Source: Octopus sinensis
Lineage: Eukaryota
NCBI RefSeq assembly: GCF_006345805.1
Contig: NC_043012.1
Location: forward strand, 14,880,001 to 14,944,000
Length of the DNA stretch: 64,000 nucleotides
Reading direction: 5' to 3'
Shown: in pieces, positions 63,263 through 64,000 of the stretch
How positions within the stretch are numbered: position 1 is the first letter of the stretch
How the letters are laid out: each line of letters begins with the position of its first letter
Position numbers and translations under genes: made by a program
The notes under the pieces: generated by a model
Seen by the model: only the letters and a program-made list of their open reading frames with translations
What the model was told of the DNA's origin: nothing
The model's database searches: none

Positions 63263-64000
63263 CAGACATGCACATTACAGCAGTTTTGTACAAGCAAACA
63301 TGACATACACTATCAGATAACCGTGAGAGGGCAGTTTACTGTTTGTATTGTAAATAATGCCAGGAAATGTGGTCATAGTAACCTAAGATAGTTGAAACTG
63401 TGATATTGGTTATAGATTAAATAGACCATTTAATCTATGCCAACATGATAAAATAGCTGTTTTTCCCTCAATATTTTATGGACAATTGAGGTTAGATAAA
63501 CATTTAATTTGTTGTTTCTCTTGTTATAAAGGAATTTAGTCTCAAAGAAGCTTTTTTTTTTATGTGTAAAAATCAGTTTTGTTTTTTATACTTCTTGTTT
63601 TTGTTTTATTAAGTAAATTATTAATAACGAGCGAAGTAATTTTTTTTCTCTCTCGTTTGTTATTGGCTTATGAAGTAAAATAGCTGCTGCCCGAACAGAT
63701 GGAGTAGTTTGGAAAGATGCCATAGTTGTCTTTGAAATTGGTTTCAGTGGAACAATCATATTGATTGTTTTTTATTGTTACTATTCTGTCTTTTAGAATA
63801 TGGACATCAGGGATAAAACTGTTCTGAGAAGACTTTCTCTTTTTGACCTATGAAAGTATTAAGTTACAAAGTCAATGATTCTCTTGTAAAACCAACATTT
63901 TGTGATATGCACTGTAATCAATTAAAATGAATATTTTGTTGTTACTTTAAATGGCTTATCTGAAAGCAAAGGATGCAGTTTAATATTTTATGTTTTCTTC

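Noticed and set aside
50123-64000. Search for exon 3 of the RIM/Piccolo-like gene (acceptors near 54370, 54582, 56566, 59240, 60673, 63797)
   Set aside because: Each gives an early stop or junk in the required phase 2; exon 3 probably lies beyond the window.

Overview
AT-rich, repeat-dense eukaryotic DNA. The SINE, MITE and microsatellite content points to a coleoid cephalopod, most likely Octopus (inference). Most long ORFs in the supplied track are artefacts of (TATG)n/(TA)n/(TG)n repeats or SINEs. The one well-supported host gene starts at a CpG-containing promoter near 29.7-29.85 kb on the + strand: exon 1 (29837-29953) and exon 2 (50091-50122) join in phase to give MEAKMAAGDKNNLPYALPDLSALTEAEKLQVMAVVQRAK|EFETVEERNRR, the N-terminal Rab-binding-type helix of the RIM/Piccolo/Fife/Slp family. 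The next exon was not found in the window. A few weaker candidate exons lie upstream. The rest is layered transposon debris: mariners, TTAA-flanked MITEs, Helitrons (including a Pif1-helicase fossil), RTE LINE ends and four SINE families. Two observations stand out. (1) A TSD-flanked, 5'-inverted RTE insertion (48770-49087) has captured an unspliced, intron-containing pre-tRNA-Lys(UUU) with its Pol III oligo-U trailer. (2) Four type-I hammerhead ribozyme motifs lie in Penelope/retrozyme-like units: one intact copy in a 462-bp terminally redundant unit (15252-15789), one decayed copy, and two independent copies sharing a non-canonical CUGU(A/G)GA core. Repeat boundaries without a stated TSD are approximate.
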